64,000 nucleotides of DNA from NCBI GenBank assembly GCA_016931055.1, contig JAFGFL010000089.1, forward strand, positions 7,257-71,256, given 5' to 3'. The position numbers and the translations under genes are program-made. This document shows positions 61,931 to 64,000 of this stretch, piece by piece. The DNA is from Candidatus Omnitrophota bacterium (GTDB lineage Bacteria > Omnitrophota > Gorgyraeia > Zapsychrales > Zapsychraceae). The notes below the pieces were generated by a model. That model was not told the origin of the DNA and did not search any database. It saw nothing but the letters and a program-made list of their open reading frames with translations. Position 1 is the first letter of the stretch. Each line of letters begins with the position of its first letter.

Positions 61931-63664
61931 ATGTCCTACATTGTCCTAGCCCGGAAGCACCGACCGCAGACCTTTGATGAGGTCGTCGGCCAGGAACATA
62001 TCACGGAACTTCTGAAGAAAACGATCCAAGCCGACCGCCTGACCCACGCGTATCTTTTTTGCGGGCCGCGCGGGATCGGCAAGACCTCGTGCGCGCGCAT
62101 CCTGGCGAAATCCCTGAATTGTGAGCAAGGGCCCACCTTAAAGCCCTGCGGCAAGTGCCCGGCGTGCGTGGAAATCGCCAAAGGCACGAGTTTCGATGTC
62201 CTTGAGATCGACGGCGCCTCCAACCGCGGCATTGATGAGATCCGCACCCTCAGGGAAAACGTCAAATTCGCGCCCAACTACGGCCGCTATAAGATCTACA
62301 TTGTTGATGAAGTGCACATGCTCACCGCCGAGGCGTTCAACGCGTTATTGAAGACGCTGGAAGAGCCGCCGGAGCATGTCAAGTTTGTCCTGGCGACCAC
62401 CGCGCCCAATAAAGTCCCGGCGACCATCATCTCGCGCTGCCAGCGCTTTGATTTCAAGCGCATCGCGACCAAGACCATCGTCGATGAGCTTTCCAGGATC
62501 AGCAAAAAAGAGAAATTCAAAGTCGATCAGGAGGCGTTGTACGCGATCGGCAAGGCGGCGCAGGGGAGCCTGCGGGACGCCTTAAGCATTCTTGACCAGC
62601 TCAGCGCCTTGAGCGATAAAGGCATTGTCACCGATGACGTGTTTTCCATGTTAGGATTGGTCGAGACGCAGCTTTTGTTTGATCTGGCCGGCGCGTTAGG
62701 TGAAAAAGATTGTTCCCTGTGCCTGGATGTCCTTGAGAAGATCATCGATAAGGGCAAGGACGTCAAACAATTGGCGCGGGACATCACCGAGCACTTCCGT
62801 CACCTGATGGTCATTAAGGTCGGCAGCAAGTCAAAAAACCTTGAGTCTATGGGGAAACTTATTGATTATCCGAATGCCATTAAGGACATGCTTTTCGCCC
62901 AAAGCAAAAAATTTACACTCAAAGAGATCCTAACGGCCATCGACATGTTTATCGAAGCCCAGGATACGGCCCGTGTGGTTGATTCGATCCGCATGCCTCT
63001 TGAAGTGGCGTTTGCGAAATTGACCTATCAGGGGGAGCCTTCCGATATGAAACCGGCTGTTTTGAAAAAGCTGTCCGACCAAGCCGTGGAACAGAAAATG
63101 GAATCTGCGCGCGGATTCTCGCCGGCCGATGTCCTGCGTGACAAAAAAGGGCAAGTGGACATCTCCGGTCCTGGCCGGCCTTATGAGGAAGGGGAAAAGC
63201 AGGAGACAGACGACGAGGAAGAGGAACCTTTGGGGCCGCAGGAGAATGCCGTTGGAGACTTGGATACGTTAGTGGCGCAAGAGCTCGGGCCAGTAAAGGA
63301 GCAGAAAGAAGCCGCTTTGGACCTGCATAAGGTTAAGAAGGTATGGGATGCGCTGACCCATGGGATCAGCCGAGAGCGCATGTCGATCGCGACCTACCTG
63401 CAGAGCGGCGTCCCTTATGACCTGACGGGGGCAAGGTTGACCATCGCTTTTCCTATGGAATGCAAGTTCCAGAAAGAGACCCTGGAAGACGCCCATAACG
63501 TTGAATTTGTCCAGAGAGTATTCTCGGAATTGTTGAAAGCGCCCGTCGTCGTTAAATATCTGATCGTTGAGAATTGTGCACCCCAGGAAGAGACGGAGAA
63601 TGTCAAAGGCGTGCTGGAGACGTTCCAGGGGAAGGTCGTGAACCGCTGGCACGACGAATCTTAG
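61931..63664 (+). CDS. dnaX: DNA polymerase III subunit gamma/tau
   Basis: GPRGIGKTS Walker A, Zn module CGKCPAC, DEVHML and SRCQRF motifs, and an acidic linker region. Confidence 0.95.
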   Translation: MSYIVLARKHRPQTFDEVVGQEHITELLKKTIQADRLTHAYLFCGPRGIGKTSCARILAKSLNCEQGPTLKPCGKCPACVEIAKGTSFDVLEIDGASNRGIDEIRTLRENVKFAPNYGRYKIYIVDEVHMLTAEAFNALLKTLEEPPEHVKFVLATTAPNKVPATIISRCQRFDFKRIATKTIVDELSRISKKEKFKVDQEALYAIGKAAQGSLRDALSILDQLSALSDKGIVTDDVFSMLGLVETQLLFDLAGALGEKDCSLCLDVLEKIIDKGKDVKQLARDITEHFRHLMVIKVGSKSKNLESMGKLIDYPNAIKDMLFAQSKKFTLKEILTAIDMFIEAQDTARVVDSIRMPLEVAFAKLTYQGEPSDMKPAVLKKLSDQAVEQKMESARGFSPADVLRDKKGQVDISGPGRPYEEGEKQETDDEEEEPLGPQENAVGDLDTLVAQELGPVKEQKEAALDLHKVKKVWDALTHGISRERMSIATYLQSGVPYDLTGARLTIAFPMECKFQKETLEDAHNVEFVQRVFSELLKAPVVVKYLIVENCAPQEETENVKGVLETFQGKVVNRWHDES

Positions 63665-63736
63665 ACTTACGGAGCGCCAAAGGCGCGAACGTAAGTCTGT
63701 AGATGTAGTCGCCCCCGGAGCGAAGCGGAGGGGGTG
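63663..63736. repeat. two adjacent palindromes of the GGAGCG...GAA family
   Basis: AGACTTACG-GA-GCGCC-AAA-GGCGC-GAA-CGTAAGTCT (63663-63698) and CGCCCCC-GGAGCGAAGCGGA-GGGGGTG (63710-63736); the first overlaps the dnaX stop codon. Confidence 0.7.
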
Positions 63737-63737
63737 A

Positions 63738-63897
63738 TGAGTAAATGGTTAATGGTGAATAGTAAATAGTGTTATTAGCAGAGTGGGTTTATGGACGACT
63801 GAGATTGCTTGATATTCAATTCACCATTAACTGTTTAAGATTAAGAATATAATTTCTAATAACCCAGACCATTCACCATTAACTATTTACTATTGAC
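63738..63897. repeat. heptad-periodic inverted repeat (TAAATGG/TTAATGG/TGAATAG units), with a third internal copy of a 13-mer
   Basis: The left arm TAAATGGTTAATGGTGAATAG (63742-63762) pairs with CCATTCACCATTAACTATTTA (63869-63889) at 19/21. ATTCACCATTAAC also occurs at 63820-63832. Confidence 0.75.
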
Positions 63898-63903
63898 AAA
63901 GCA

Positions 63904-64000
63904 ATGGCTTACCCTAAATTAATCCAAAATCTCATGGAGCGCCTTGTCAGGCTCCCCGGCATCGGGCAGCGCAGCGCCGAGCGCATGGCGTTCTGGCTGC
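63904..64000 (+). CDS. recR: recombination protein RecR, 5' partial
   Basis: MAYPKLIQNLMERLVRLPGIGQRSAERMAFWL matches the RecR N-terminal HhH; it runs off the window. Confidence 0.85.
   Translation, partial: MAYPKLIQNLMERLVRLPGIGQRSAERMAFWL

Noticed and set aside
63143-63149. AAAAAAG run in dnaX near the domain III/IV boundary, identical in letters to the E. coli tau/gamma -1 frameshift heptamer. A second run lies at 62504-62510.
   Set aside because: Both runs are out of phase for X XXY YYZ slippage: the zero-frame codons are AAA AAA G.., preceded by C. The 62504 site is far too early in the protein. The -1 frame after 63148 does stop after 12 codons, so transcriptional slippage cannot be excluded, but nothing in the sequence supports it.

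Overview
This is a densely packed bacterial chromosomal window, almost all on the + strand and mostly housekeeping. In order it holds: pgsA-pgpA; a methyltransferase/GT2 fusion with a convergent membrane-glycosylation pair; thpR and cinA-C; a riboflavin cluster ribBA-ribH-nusB-PHP-ribD-ribE, then fabZ and an AOX/PTOX-like di-iron oxidase; ligA, xerD, a cca-family gene, and rbfA-nrnA-truB-ribF. Next comes a dcw cluster mraZ-rsmH-ftsL-ftsI-murE-murF-mraY-murD-ftsW-murG-(HEXXH peptidase)-murC-ddl-ftsQ-ftsA, with no murB or ftsZ in it. It is followed by an orphan response regulator, a PAS kinase whose H-box His is replaced by Arg, tadA, a complete pgaABCD operon, two paralogous GT-C/TPR membrane proteins, a MORN-like protein, a 3-gene pilin/PilX cluster, tex, an MscS-family channel, DUF503, dnaX and the start of recR. 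There are three tRNAs (Pro-CGG, Arg-ACG, Ser-GCT) plus a 41-nt 5' half copy of tRNA-Pro. The most interesting signals are non-coding. (1) At 54803-54970, upstream of the pilin cluster, both halves of a c-di-GMP-I (GEMM-I)-like aptamer are separated by an 84-nt self-pairing insertion placed exactly inside the invariant GGGAC|GCAAAGC junction. It sits between a sigma70-like promoter and an intrinsic terminator. (2) That insertion belongs to a dispersed family of small palindromes (ACTTAYG...GGAGCGAAGCGAA...CRTAAGT) found only in intergenic spacers. (3) A second family of long hairpins has arms built from tandem 7-nt units (GACACAA or TAAATGG type), lying between a stop codon and the next start codon. 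No CRISPR array, transposase, rRNA or prophage is visible. All calls come from reading the sequence and ORF translations by eye; no searches were run.
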